In this document: in pieces, positions 1 to 9,435 of the stretch
How positions within the stretch are numbered: the first letter of the stretch is position 1
How the letters are laid out: the number at the start of each line of letters is the position of its first letter
Source: Pseudobdellovibrionaceae bacterium
Lineage (GTDB): Bacteria > Bdellovibrionota > Bdellovibrionia > Bdellovibrionales > UBA1609
Length of the DNA: 64,000 bases
Reading direction: 5' to 3'
NCBI GenBank assembly: GCA_020635055.1
Contig: JACKAN010000015.1
Coordinates: forward strand, 6,235 to 70,234
Notes under the pieces: generated by a model
What the model was told of the DNA's origin: nothing
What the model saw: the letters and a program-made list of their open reading frames with translations, nothing else
Databases searched by the model: none
Position numbers and translations under genes: made by a program

Positions 1-234
1 TTAAAAAGAAATAATGAAAATAAAATCAGTGTTTGGCGAAAGGATAGTAAAGCAATAATGTTAGGATATTTAATTAAAAAACCTAATATTTTAAGACTGT
101 GTCTGGATTTTAATGGAAAGAATGATTCTGTATTCTTAAAAGACCAAACGCCTTTTTCTGTTAGAAAATTTCTTAAGTTAAAATATTCGATAAATTGTAT
201 AGTGAAAACAACGACAGTAAAAAGTTTTGTGTAA
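1..234 (+). CDS. 3' end of a hypothetical protein (partial, runs off window start)
   Basis: Frame 1 is open from base 1 to TAA at 232-234 (77 codons), which is long for AT-rich DNA. It is convergent with the next gene. No recognisable family. Confidence 0.35.
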   Translation, partial: LKRNNENKISVWRKDSKAIMLGYLIKKPNILRLCLDFNGKNDSVFLKDQTPFSVRKFLKLKYSINCIVKTTTVKSFV

Positions 235-259
235 AAATAGGCAGACTCTAGGGAAAAGA

Positions 260-658
260 TCACATTGACACCGGGAATTCTAAAATTACGTTTTTGCTTT
301 TATCTAAAACCGATATTAATACTAAGCGAAGCTCATAAGGCATGGAAATATTTTTGATTCTTAATTCCTGTTCTGCCATTTTTTTAGCTATTTTAAAATG
401 AGAGTTTTGTAAAAGGGCTTCCCCATGATTTGGTGGGTCCACTTGCAGTTCTTGTAGCCAAAGTAAGAGGTGATTGTTGACGGCGTGAAGGTAGTTGACT
501 CTAGGATTAATAAACCAAAACCAAAAAGTACGCTGGGGTGGGGAAAAGACTTTTTGCCAAGAATTTGTATTGGGTATTTTAAATTCTAGTGTCGGAAGAT
601 CATTGTATGTATTAAAAAAGTTCCATGAAGGGAAAAATACCTTCAAAAAACTCATCAT
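260..658 (-). CDS. hypothetical protein
   Basis: 132-aa ORF abutting the upstream gene (661..1266) in an operon-like arrangement. Trp/Phe-rich, no family recognised. Confidence 0.5.
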   Translation of the reverse strand: MMSFLKVFFPSWNFFNTYNDLPTLEFKIPNTNSWQKVFSPPQRTFWFWFINPRVNYLHAVNNHLLLWLQELQVDPPNHGEALLQNSHFKIAKKMAEQELRIKNISMPYELRLVLISVLDKSKNVILEFPVSM

Positions 659-660
659 CT

Positions 661-1266
661 TTAGTTTCCTTTGAGTTCTTTTTCTAAAAGATCTAAATTT
701 TCTCTAGTTGTTGGAGCCCGTTCTATTTTTTTTACTTGGGAAGTTTGGATGGCCCCCCAAATCCACATGAGAATGTAAAAGATAAAAAGAGCAAGAATCA
801 TTCTTAATATGGGTTTGCGAGGCAGCAAGAAGTAATCAACAAATCCCACAATTAAAAGAATTCCAGAAAAAGCTATGCCTAACAAAATAAGCGGACTTGC
901 CAAAGGGGATAGAACATAAAGGGCAAAGAGGGGAGTGTTAGATAAAATTAACAAAAGGAATAATTGTTTATAACTGATTTCTCTATGTAGAAAAAAAAGA
1001 ACAAAATAGTAAAAGAAACCAGCAATAATAAAATGGATTACAGTCAAGGAAAGAGGAAGAAAGAAAAAGCCTAAGATAGTCGATGTAAAACTGCCAGAAA
1101 CAAGACCATGCAAGCTACCACTCAGAGATCCTAGTAAGCCTAAAAAGAAAAGTATTGTTCGCCAATCCCAATCTGGGAGTGTTCTAATATGTTGAACTGG
1201 ATTTACTAAAAAAACTTTTAAATAATTAAAGACTTCCAGCCAGTCGTTTTTAAATTTTTCAAACAT
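661..1266 (-). CDS. multi-pass inner membrane protein (Yip1-like topology)
   Basis: 201-aa ORF with about 5 hydrophobic helices (LFFLGLLGSLSGSL, FFLPLSLTVIHFIIAGFFYY, and others). Tightly packed with its neighbours. Confidence 0.55.
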   Translation of the reverse strand: MFEKFKNDWLEVFNYLKVFLVNPVQHIRTLPDWDWRTILFFLGLLGSLSGSLHGLVSGSFTSTILGFFFLPLSLTVIHFIIAGFFYYFVLFFLHREISYKQLFLLLILSNTPLFALYVLSPLASPLILLGIAFSGILLIVGFVDYFLLPRKPILRMILALFIFYILMWIWGAIQTSQVKKIERAPTTRENLDLLEKELKGN

Positions 1267-1274
1267 GGCTCATT

Positions 1275-1910
1275 TCAGCACGTCATGTCGCTTTCGGCAA
1301 GTGAAATGGCCCAGGAAAGGTATTGCCGAGCAATAGGGCTAATTTGATCGCTTTCTGAAAGCCCAACAACTTCAGTATCAATAGGAGCTTTCCACAGAGA
1401 GTGGAGTTTAGCTGCCAATTTCCAATAAATACGGGGTGTTTTGCTTGGGTTTTGAGCTAAAGAAATGACAAGATTGTTGATTGATTTATTATGTAAAGTT
1501 ATTGGCTGGGAAGAGACCATAGATAGTGATTGGATGGCTGAAAAATCTTGTTGTGCTAACCATTCCAATTCTTTTTTTAAACTCGGGTCAGCAATATAGT
1601 GATATCTACTGCCTTCAGTAAGGTTTATTAAAGCCTTGAGTTCAGCGACTCTCTGTACGTAGGAATCTTTCGAAAAATTGAAATCTAATACTTCATAGCC
1701 ATGAGCTTCAAGCCAATCTGGAATGTAGTTCCAGTATCTACCAGAATAAAATATAGAGTCAGGACCTGAAAGAAAAACAATAGGATATTTTGTCAGCAAG
1801 CAATTCTTATGCAATCGGAAATAGTATTTTAGATTCCTTCTGTGACGATTGGTGTAATAGAAAATAAATAGTATTATGCTAATTAAGAGAGCAAAACTAA
1901 AAATGAGCAT
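1275..1910 (-). CDS. membrane-anchored hypothetical protein
   Basis: 211-aa ORF with an N-terminal TM helix (LIFSFALLISIILFIFYY). Overlaps the upstream gene by 14 nt. Confidence 0.5.
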   Translation of the reverse strand: MLIFSFALLISIILFIFYYTNRHRRNLKYYFRLHKNCLLTKYPIVFLSGPDSIFYSGRYWNYIPDWLEAHGYEVLDFNFSKDSYVQRVAELKALINLTEGSRYHYIADPSLKKELEWLAQQDFSAIQSLSMVSSQPITLHNKSINNLVISLAQNPSKTPRIYWKLAAKLHSLWKAPIDTEVVGLSESDQISPIARQYLSWAISLAESDMTC

Positions 1911-2547
1911 CGAGTCTTAGCCCCGCACTTACGGCATTCTCATCGATGGTTTCTGCAATCATTGCAGATCGATAAGCCAATTCGGCAGTGAAGGAAAAGG
2001 CATTAGTTAGTTTTGCTTCTAATCCCAATGAAAAAGCCCATGAAGGAGTGTTGTAATTAAGGGTTCGTTTATTAAGATTATCAAAATAACTCAGGTAGCG
2101 AGCGGCCAAGCCACCAGAAGAGCGAAATCTTAGAAATTTATTTAAGGTGGGTCTATATACCAACTTCATATCAAATTCATTTATTTCGGCAAAATCTTTA
2201 GACTCGCGGGTATCTATTTTGGCCCTGCCTAAATTAATATAGCTGCCCTCAGCCATCCAGGTGTCAGAAAATAAATCAATACCAAAATTGATTTCCACAC
2301 CACGGAAAAGGCCTGTGCGAGACTCATTATCAAATAATAAACTCGTCATAGACATGGCCATTCCCACACCAGCGTGTAATAGGATACTATCAAAAGGGTC
2401 TACAGAGTAATACCTTTGGGAAGAGGTTCTCGTTGTTGAAAGTTGATCGACAATTGTGTCATAACTTTCAAAGTCTTCTTCCATAGCTCTACTTAGGTGA
2501 GGTATGGACAATATAGTTACTATTAAGATAGAAATCCATTTCTTCAT
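1897..2547 (-). CDS. small outer-membrane beta-barrel protein
   Basis: Signal peptide (MKKWISILIVTILSIPHLSRA), alternating amphipathic strands and a C-terminal aromatic residue (..GLRLDAHF). Confidence 0.55.
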   Translation of the reverse strand: MKKWISILIVTILSIPHLSRAMEEDFESYDTIVDQLSTTRTSSQRYYSVDPFDSILLHAGVGMAMSMTSLLFDNESRTGLFRGVEINFGIDLFSDTWMAEGSYINLGRAKIDTRESKDFAEINEFDMKLVYRPTLNKFLRFRSSGGLAARYLSYFDNLNKRTLNYNTPSWAFSLGLEAKLTNAFSFTAELAYRSAMIAETIDENAVSAGLRLDAHF

Positions 2548-2627
2548 AAATATAGTATAAGTAAAAAAAAGTAGTTTCGCAAAAAACTTGTCTTTAGAAA
2601 CCTCTAAAAGTCTGTCAAAATAGAAAT

Positions 2628-3050
2628 ATGAAACGATTTTCTAATAAAGTTTTTTGTGCATTCTGTAAATTACCAAGGAACTTTTACAATAAAAAACACA
2701 TTCGCTGGACCAACGTAGGGCTAAGTGTGCTTTGCGCTCTATTAACAATGTTTATAATTTGGCAAACATTTGAACCAGTGGTTTTAGTATTCTTTGTGAT
2801 TTACTTAGCCATAGCAGAAGTTTTTATACAAATACGTTGGCGCTTATCTGTAGTTTGTCCACATTGTAGTTTTGATCCGGTGATTTATATTAAAAATCCA
2901 GAGCTGGCATGTCAGAAGGTTAAAAATAGACTGGATTTACGCAAGGATTCTGGAGATCTGTTACTAAGCTCAAATGATCCTTTTAAAAATTTGCCAAAAA
3001 GAAAGTTTCCAAGCCAGAAAAAAACAGTCGGCTTGTCAAAACACATATAA
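2628..3050 (+). CDS. membrane protein with two CxxC pairs (zinc-ribbon-like)
   Basis: 140-aa ORF with CAFC and CPHC motifs flanking two TM helices. Confidence 0.5.
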   Translation: MKRFSNKVFCAFCKLPRNFYNKKHIRWTNVGLSVLCALLTMFIIWQTFEPVVLVFFVIYLAIAEVFIQIRWRLSVVCPHCSFDPVIYIKNPELACQKVKNRLDLRKDSGDLLLSSNDPFKNLPKRKFPSQKKTVGLSKHI

Positions 3051-3066
3051 GTGATATAAGAAAAAT

Positions 3067-3762
3067 GTGAAAAAAATAGTCATTATTCCTACATATAATG
3101 AAAATGAAAATATATCTTTGATGCTTCCACAGCTATTAGAGTTAGACCCAAACTTGGATATACTCATTGTGGATGACAATTCTCCTGATGGCACAGCTAG
3201 TATTGTTAAAGATTTTCAAAAAAAATCCACAAGGGTTCATTTGGAAGTAAGAGATAAAAAGAATGGCTTAGGTAGGGCCTATATTCACGGATTTAAATGG
3301 GCCCTAAAAGAAAGCTACGATTTGATAGGTCAAATGGATGCTGATTTTTCCCATCGCTTAGCTGATTTAAAAACCATTTTTGAAAGCTCTGATCAAGGAG
3401 ATGTAATTATTGGGAGTCGTTGGATACCTGGTGGGGGAGCTCTTAAGTGGAGTAAATTTAGGAAGTTCATAAGTTTAGGGGGGAGTTTGTATTCCCGATG
3501 GATTTTAAGTTTTCCCTTAAAGGATTGGACAGGGGGATTTAACCTGTGGAAGAGAGACGTCTTGGAGAACATCGATTTGGATCATGTCACTTCGGAGGGC
3601 TATAGTTTTCAAATTGAGATGAAATACCGCGCACAAAAATTGGGTTATAAGGTTGTAGAAGTACCAATAGTATTTGAGGAAAGACATTCAGGGCAAAGCA
3701 AAATGTCTACGCGAATAGTGCTTGAAGCCTTATATCGAGTTTGGTCAATTAGAGGATTGTAA
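3067..3762 (+). CDS. GT2 polyprenol/dolichol-phosphate mannosyltransferase-like glycosyltransferase
   Basis: IIPTYNENENI ... IVDDNSPDGT ... QMDADFSH ... GYSFQIEM motifs, typical of the Dpm1/Ppm1 GT2 family. Confidence 0.85.
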   Translation: MKKIVIIPTYNENENISLMLPQLLELDPNLDILIVDDNSPDGTASIVKDFQKKSTRVHLEVRDKKNGLGRAYIHGFKWALKESYDLIGQMDADFSHRLADLKTIFESSDQGDVIIGSRWIPGGGALKWSKFRKFISLGGSLYSRWILSFPLKDWTGGFNLWKRDVLENIDLDHVTSEGYSFQIEMKYRAQKLGYKVVEVPIVFEERHSGQSKMSTRIVLEALYRVWSIRGL

Positions 3763-3791
3763 AAGCCTTTTTCTCCTGTAAAATTAAAGAC

Positions 3792-4688
3792 ATGTTTTTG
3801 CGTATTCGGTTATGTTTTTTAGTTATTCTGTTCGCCTTTTCTTCAATGGCAGAAGGGAAAAAGATTACTAAAAAAGTAAGAAAAAGGATGAGTGCACAGA
3901 GTGCTATTGTACAAAACAGTGGTGCGGCGATTTACAAAGAGAGATCTTTTGACTCAGATCCCATTTCCTATTTAGAGGCCGGTCAAAAAGTTAGGATATC
4001 CCGCAAAAAGTATCCGGGCAAAGATGGCTTTGGACTTTTTTTTAAAGTGATAGTTTCTAAAAGTCTTAAGGGCTACATTGCAGATGTTGATGTGATACCC
4101 CAATTTACTAAAACTAAGTTTACAAAAAAAATAAAAGATAATCCTGAATTCGAGGATTATGACAAAAAACCTGAAAAGAAAAAAGAGCCCATGCTGTTTA
4201 CTAGATATTTTGGTGCTCAGTTGGCTTTCGTAAATTATACCGAATTGATTTCTGGCAGAAAATTAAGTTCAAAAACGACACTTTACGGACTTAAAATGAC
4301 GGGGCCCGGGTTTTTGTTAGAGGAAGTTCCTTTGGATATTGATATTTTAATATCCATAACACCTCCATCTTATTACGATGAATATCTGACAACAGCACCA
4401 GCGACTGGTTTTATATTTGTTTCTAATTTAGCCCTTAAAATGCCTTTTTATGATGCCAAAAACTTAATCATTTATTACTCTTTAGGATTTACTGGTAGTT
4501 ATACAAATTTTAAAATTCCTATTGGATCTTCAAATTTAGACAGTCAGGAAGTTAAAGTAGGCGTAATAGGTGGACTTGGTGCCGCCATGCGTTTTAGCGA
4601 AAAATACTTTTTTCAATTCGATACAAAGTATTATTACGAAAAAACTCAATATGTTGGCTATGGAGCTTCCTTTGGATTCCAATACTAG
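3792..4688 (+). CDS. secreted protein: SH3b-like N-domain, Lys-rich linker, beta-barrel C-domain
   Basis: Signal peptide, an SH3-like segment (..AIYKERSFDSDPISYLEAGQKVRI..GYIADVDV), a KKPEKKKEP linker, then amphipathic strands ending ..SFGFQY. Confidence 0.55.
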   Translation: MFLRIRLCFLVILFAFSSMAEGKKITKKVRKRMSAQSAIVQNSGAAIYKERSFDSDPISYLEAGQKVRISRKKYPGKDGFGLFFKVIVSKSLKGYIADVDVIPQFTKTKFTKKIKDNPEFEDYDKKPEKKKEPMLFTRYFGAQLAFVNYTELISGRKLSSKTTLYGLKMTGPGFLLEEVPLDIDILISITPPSYYDEYLTTAPATGFIFVSNLALKMPFYDAKNLIIYYSLGFTGSYTNFKIPIGSSNLDSQEVKVGVIGGLGAAMRFSEKYFFQFDTKYYYEKTQYVGYGASFGFQY

Positions 4689-4700
4689 GTATAACTCCTT

Positions 4701-6530
4701 ATGGAAAAAATCCAGGAACTTTCTCCGGAAGTTATAGATCAAATTGCGGCGGGTGAAGTTGTAGAACGTCCTGCTCACCTTGTAAAAGAACTAGTAGAGA
4801 ACAGTCTTGATGCGGGTGCTTCTAAAATTCAAATTGAATTTTCTATGGGTGGTCAAAAAGTAAAAGTGACCGACAATGGCATTGGCATTGATAAATCAGA
4901 ACTCAAATTGGCATTTTCTCGTCATGCTACAAGTAAAATTCGAAAAAGTGAGGATCTTTGGACTTTAAATAGTTTTGGCTTTCGTGGAGAAGCGCTGGCA
5001 AGCCTTTCGGCAGTGAGTAAAATTAAAATGATTTCAAGGACTTCCAATTCACCTTCGGCATTTAGTCTGACCGGGATATTTGGAAAATTTGGAGAAATTG
5101 AAAGTATTGGTGGTCAAGAAGGTACATCCATTTGGATTGAAGAATTATTTGGAAATTTACCTGCAAGAAAAAAATTTTTAAAATCAGATGCCGCAGAAGC
5201 CACACAGCTAAAAAATGTTTTAAAAGCTTTGGCTCTCCATCACTATAAAGTGGAATTCCGTATAGTTTATAAGAACGATCTTCTGTATTTTTGGCCGGCC
5301 ATGGAATCCGCCTTGGAAAGAGTGAAACAAATTTTAGAAATTGATGAAATTTATGAGGGCGAGGGACATTGCGAAAACTATTCGGCAAAGGTTTTTGTAG
5401 GGGCCCCCCATTGTACTGTAAAAACACGAAAACAAATTTGGCTTTTTGCTCAGGGCAGGTGGATTCAGGACAATAGTATTCAGGCTGCCGTTATGGATGC
5501 TTATCGAGGACTGCTTATGCATGGTGAATATCCATACACCGTAGTTTTTTTAAATGTTCCAACTGACTGTATAGATGTAAACGTACATCCGGCAAAATCA
5601 CAGGTTAAATTTAGTGAACCCTCCAATACATTTAGAGCTGTACACCGTGCCGTGAGAGGCGTGCTAGAGCAGGCACCTTGGTTGGACAAAATTTTAAAAA
5701 AACAGGAAAAAATTCCCGAGCAAAAAAATATATCAACTTATTCATCGCCAAATTATAATAGCTCAAAAACAAAAGAATTGATTACAAATATGAGCTTTGA
5801 AAGCCAAGAATTCAATCATACACAGTGGCAGCAAAAAGATTATAAATTAGATATTGAAGACAAGAATACAACTCAAGCCCCTGCCCGTATTGTGGTGGAG
5901 GAAGTCAAGACCACGAAATTGAGAGAGAATATTGATAATAAAAACTATTGGAGTTCACTGCAGGTTTTAAGTCAGGCTGCTTTGACTTACATAATTTGCC
6001 AATCAAAGGAGTCTTTGATAATCGTTGACCAACATGCCGCTCATGAGAGGGTGGTTTATGAAAGCCTTATTGAATCTTGGCTAGAGGGTTCTTTGGAAAT
6101 TCAAAGTTTATTAATTCCACTGATTGTCCGAATGGATGCTGAAAAGCTTGAAGCTATTTTAAATATTAAGCATGAACTTAAGAAATTGGGTTTCGACATA
6201 GAAGCCACGGGGCCTGAAAGTTTGGCTATAAATAATCACCCAATAATTTTAAAAGAATTTGCTATTGAGAAAGCCCTGCAATTTTTAGGTCAAGAATTAG
6301 TAGATAAAGGCGGGAGTTTTGCTTTGGAAAAGGCACTTAGAGAATTGGCGGCAACCATGGCTTGTCATTCTGTAGTTCGGGCAGGACAAGCTTTGAGTAC
6401 AGAAGAAATGAAAGCTCTTTTGGTTTCCATGGATGAATATCCACTATCTAGCTTTTGCCCCCATGGCCGACCCGTTTTTGTAGAAATTCCATTTACAAAA
6501 TTGGAAAAAGATTTTGGCAGAATTGTCTAA
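4701..6530 (+). CDS. mutL: DNA mismatch repair endonuclease MutL
   Basis: N-terminal GHKL ATPase motifs (IAAGEVVERPAHLVKELVENSLDAGA, DNGIGI, FGFRGEAL) and a C-terminal dimerisation/endonuclease region (DQHAAHERV, CPHGRP). Confidence 0.95.
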   Translation: MEKIQELSPEVIDQIAAGEVVERPAHLVKELVENSLDAGASKIQIEFSMGGQKVKVTDNGIGIDKSELKLAFSRHATSKIRKSEDLWTLNSFGFRGEALASLSAVSKIKMISRTSNSPSAFSLTGIFGKFGEIESIGGQEGTSIWIEELFGNLPARKKFLKSDAAEATQLKNVLKALALHHYKVEFRIVYKNDLLYFWPAMESALERVKQILEIDEIYEGEGHCENYSAKVFVGAPHCTVKTRKQIWLFAQGRWIQDNSIQAAVMDAYRGLLMHGEYPYTVVFLNVPTDCIDVNVHPAKSQVKFSEPSNTFRAVHRAVRGVLEQAPWLDKILKKQEKIPEQKNISTYSSPNYNSSKTKELITNMSFESQEFNHTQWQQKDYKLDIEDKNTTQAPARIVVEEVKTTKLRENIDNKNYWSSLQVLSQAALTYIICQSKESLIIVDQHAAHERVVYESLIESWLEGSLEIQSLLIPLIVRMDAEKLEAILNIKHELKKLGFDIEATGPESLAINNHPIILKEFAIEKALQFLGQELVDKGGSFALEKALRELAATMACHSVVRAGQALSTEEMKALLVSMDEYPLSSFCPHGRPVFVEIPFTKLEKDFGRIV

Positions 6531-7464
6531 TTCATATCCACTTTTCTTTATTCTTGGACCTACAGCCGTTGGTAAATCAGATTTAGCTTTGAACTTGGCT
6601 TTGAAATTTCAAGGAGCTGTTGTCAACTTTGACAGTTTGCAATTTTATAAAGATATTAATATCGGCACGGCAAAGCCCTCTTGCTCTGAGAGGAAGAAAT
6701 GCCCTCATTTTTTATTTGATATTTGTGAGGTGGGTACTCATTTTACAGCAGGCCAATTTCGCAAAAATGCACTTACATTAATTGATGAAAAAGAAAGTGA
6801 ATACCCTTTATTTTTTGTGGGAGGAAGTGGTTTTTATCTGCAAGCTCTAGAAAAAGGTATGTATTCGGTAAAACCTATACCAGAGACTATTTCCCGGAAA
6901 ACACAAAAGGAATTAGAGGAATTCGGAATAGAGTTTTTGTATAAGGAATTAGTTGAAAGAGATCCTGCATATGCAATTAAAATTGGCTCTAAAGATAAAT
7001 ACCGTATACAACGTGCTACCAACTTAATTAGAGCTAACAATAAACCTATTTCAGAAATCATGAATGAGCATAAAAATCAGTTAGCAAAAACAAAGCTTAA
7101 TAAGGAGTATTATAAAATTGGTCTTTTTATAGACCGAGAAAAATTACGGCAAAGAGTAAAAGAAAGAACCTTAAAAATGTTAACATCAGGTTGGATCGAA
7201 GAGACTCAGGAGCTTTTGACTTTAGTGGGTGATGATTGGGCACCACTAAAAAGTGTAGGCTATAAAGAGCTGGTGATTTTTTTGAAAAACCAAATGAGTT
7301 ATGATGAAATGGTCGATAAAATAATTACGAACACCATGAGGTTGGCAAAAAGACAAATGACATGGTTTAAAAAAGAAGGCAATATACATTGGTTTGATGC
7401 TTTAGAGAATGTAGAAAAAATCAGTGACTTTGTTGCATCAAAAATATTCAAGAAACAAGCATGA
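6514..7464 (+). CDS. miaA: tRNA dimethylallyltransferase MiaA
   Basis: P-loop GPTAVGKS, DSLQFYKDINIGTAKP and RQMTWFKK motifs. Canonical mutL-miaA linkage. Confidence 0.93.
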   Translation: MAELSNSYPLFFILGPTAVGKSDLALNLALKFQGAVVNFDSLQFYKDINIGTAKPSCSERKKCPHFLFDICEVGTHFTAGQFRKNALTLIDEKESEYPLFFVGGSGFYLQALEKGMYSVKPIPETISRKTQKELEEFGIEFLYKELVERDPAYAIKIGSKDKYRIQRATNLIRANNKPISEIMNEHKNQLAKTKLNKEYYKIGLFIDREKLRQRVKERTLKMLTSGWIEETQELLTLVGDDWAPLKSVGYKELVIFLKNQMSYDEMVDKIITNTMRLAKRQMTWFKKEGNIHWFDALENVEKISDFVASKIFKKQA

Positions 7465-7517
7465 AGCTAGAAGCAAGAAAATGTGGAAAACATAAACACT
7501 CACACTTTATTTTATAA

Positions 7518-7590
7518 GTTAAGAATTAAGAATTAAGAGTTTAAGAGTTAAGAGTTAAGAGTTAAGAGTTAAGAGTTTAAGAGTTTAAGA
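7518..7590. repeat. tandem heptamer/octamer microsatellite (GTTAAGA / GTTTAAGA, 10 units)
   Basis: Read directly: gttaaga attaaga attaaga gtttaaga gttaaga x4 gtttaaga x2, ending 3 nt before the yicC Shine-Dalgarno (aaggag 7594-7599). Confidence 0.9.
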
Positions 7591-7604
7591 TGTAAGGAGT
7601 GGTA

Positions 7605-8471
7605 ATGAGAAGCATGACAGGTTTTGGACATAATACCTTCCAATCCAAAAATCTGGAATTGGATGTAAACCTTCGTTCTGTGAATGGGCGGTTTTTTGAA
7701 ATGCGTTTGCACCTCCCCAAAGAGTATTTGTTTTTAGAAAATAAAATAAAAAAACTGGTTTCAAACAGAATATCTCGTGGAACTTTAGATTTGTATATTC
7801 ATCGACGCGCTTTTTATCCTGGTCACCAAGAATTAAAAATCGAATCACAAATGGCTAAAAACTGGATGAAATCTTTAAGAAAATTAGGCTTGGCGACAGG
7901 TTTAAAAATGGAGATGTCTTTATTGGAATTGGCGCAATTGCCAGGAGTTTCCACTACATTAGAAAGCTTTAAGGTTCCGAATTTAGAACAAAGTGTTATT
8001 TTGAAAACAATTAATAAAGCTGTGGATGTTTGTGTCTTAGAGAGAAAGAGAGAGGGAAAAGCTTTAAAGAAGGAATTAGGCCAATTATTAGCTGGACTGG
8101 CTAAGTTGCGGACGAAAATGCAAAGCTTGAGAGTCCAAGCAAATAACGAGCTTACAATTCGCTATAAAGAAAAGCTAAAAAAGTGGTCCCATTATGATGA
8201 AAACCGGCTGTTTCAAGAGATTGCAAATTTGATTGACAAAGCGGATATCAACGAAGAGATTTCGAGGTTGAATGAACACATCAGTGGTTGCAAAAAGCTC
8301 CTTGAAAACTCCCAACCCGTTGGTAAGAAACTGGATTTTTATTCACAAGAAATTCTGCGTGAAATCAATACCATTGGCTCAAAATCGCAATTTGCAAAAC
8401 TGACGGAACTTGTTGTCGAAGCTAAATCATTAGTTGAAAGATTTAGAGAACAAGTTCAAAACGTCGAGTAA
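7605..8471 (+). CDS. yicC: YicC-family stress-induced protein
   Basis: Starts MRSMTGFG, the YicC hallmark, and has the C-terminal DINEEISRL..H motif region. The ATG at 7605 lies 5 nt after AAGGAG, so it is preferred over the GTG at 7599 in the ORF track. Confidence 0.9.
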   Translation: MRSMTGFGHNTFQSKNLELDVNLRSVNGRFFEMRLHLPKEYLFLENKIKKLVSNRISRGTLDLYIHRRAFYPGHQELKIESQMAKNWMKSLRKLGLATGLKMEMSLLELAQLPGVSTTLESFKVPNLEQSVILKTINKAVDVCVLERKREGKALKKELGQLLAGLAKLRTKMQSLRVQANNELTIRYKEKLKKWSHYDENRLFQEIANLIDKADINEEISRLNEHISGCKKLLENSQPVGKKLDFYSQEILREINTIGSKSQFAKLTELVVEAKSLVERFREQVQNVE

Positions 8472-8521
8472 TTTAAAAAATCATGGAACTTTTCAATGAA
8501 AAGGGTTAGATTTAAAAAATC

Positions 8522-9085
8522 ATGGGAAAGTTAATCATCGTCGTGGGCCCTAGTGGGGCTGGCAAATCCAGTTTTGTAGAAAAGGCAGTTGAGGAAATTC
8601 CAAACCTTGTGGATGTCATAACTTGTACAACCAGAGATTTGCGAGAGGGAGAGAGGCAGGGTTACCCCTATCATTTTTTTAGCAAACAAGAGTTTGAAAA
8701 GAAAATTAAAGAAGACTTTTTTGTGGAATACGCTCGTGTTCACGACAATTTTTATGGAACACCCCGCGATCAAATTGAAAAGAACTGGACCGAAGGTAAG
8801 ACGCCCATTATGGACGTTGATATTCAAGGTGCCGAAACTTTCTTAAAGAAGTATCCCAACGAGGTTCAAACCATTTTTATAATACCACCCTCCATTGACG
8901 AGCTGCGTAAAAGAATAGTGCTTAGAGATGCCAAAGTCCCCAAAGATTTGGATTTGAGACTGGAAAATGGCAAAAAAGAGATAACTCAGGCGGATAGATT
9001 TGATTTTCAAGTCATTAATGATGATTTCTTTGTGGCTTTTTCTCAATTCAAAAAAATTATTGAAAATATTATTTCTCAAGGGTAA
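8522..9085 (+). CDS. gmk: guanylate kinase
   Basis: GPSGAGKSS P-loop and TTR..REGE..G..YHF motif. Conserved yicC-gmk-rpoZ order. Confidence 0.95.
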   Translation: MGKLIIVVGPSGAGKSSFVEKAVEEIPNLVDVITCTTRDLREGERQGYPYHFFSKQEFEKKIKEDFFVEYARVHDNFYGTPRDQIEKNWTEGKTPIMDVDIQGAETFLKKYPNEVQTIFIIPPSIDELRKRIVLRDAKVPKDLDLRLENGKKEITQADRFDFQVINDDFFVAFSQFKKIIENIISQG

Positions 9086-9115
9086 TTTAGCATACTTAAA
9101 TTAAGGGAGATAAGT

Positions 9116-9358
9116 GTGGCAAGAGTTACTGTGGAAGATTGTCTTGATAAAGTACCTAATCGCTTTGCTTTAGTTTTGTTAGTAGCAAAAAGAGCCAAAC
9201 AGCTTTTGAAGGGTGTTACTCCCTCATCTGCAACCAAAAGTGGAAATAAATATATCGTTAATTCATTAAGAGAAGTGGCCGCAGATAAAGTCAGATTCAA
9301 AAGAAATGATAATGACTTAAGTTTTGAAGAGCAAATCGGTCAGGATCTCAATCGCTAA
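9116..9358 (+). CDS. rpoZ: DNA-directed RNA polymerase subunit omega
   Basis: [30 protein letters not shown] is the canonical RpoZ N-terminus. Confidence 0.93.
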   Translation: MARVTVEDCLDKVPNRFALVLLVAKRAKQLLKGVTPSSATKSGNKYIVNSLREVAADKVRFKRNDNDLSFEEQIGQDLNR

Positions 9359-9380
9359 GCTCGACTTTAGACCTTCTCAT

Positions 9381-9412
9381 AAACACTCTAAATTTAATAA
9401 TTTAGAGTGTTT
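9381..9412 (+). terminator. 13-bp stem hairpin after rpoZ (weak terminator/attenuator)
   Basis: aaacactctaaat (9381-9393) pairs with atttagagtgttt (9400-9412) around a 6-nt loop. Only a short T tract follows. Confidence 0.4.
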
Positions 9413-9435
9413 ACCGATAAATAGGGGATGAGGAA

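Noticed and set aside
7518-7590. Whether the tandem repeats could be a CRISPR array.
   Set aside because: The units are 7-8 nt and directly adjacent with no spacers, so this is a microsatellite. No repeat-spacer architecture was seen anywhere in the window.
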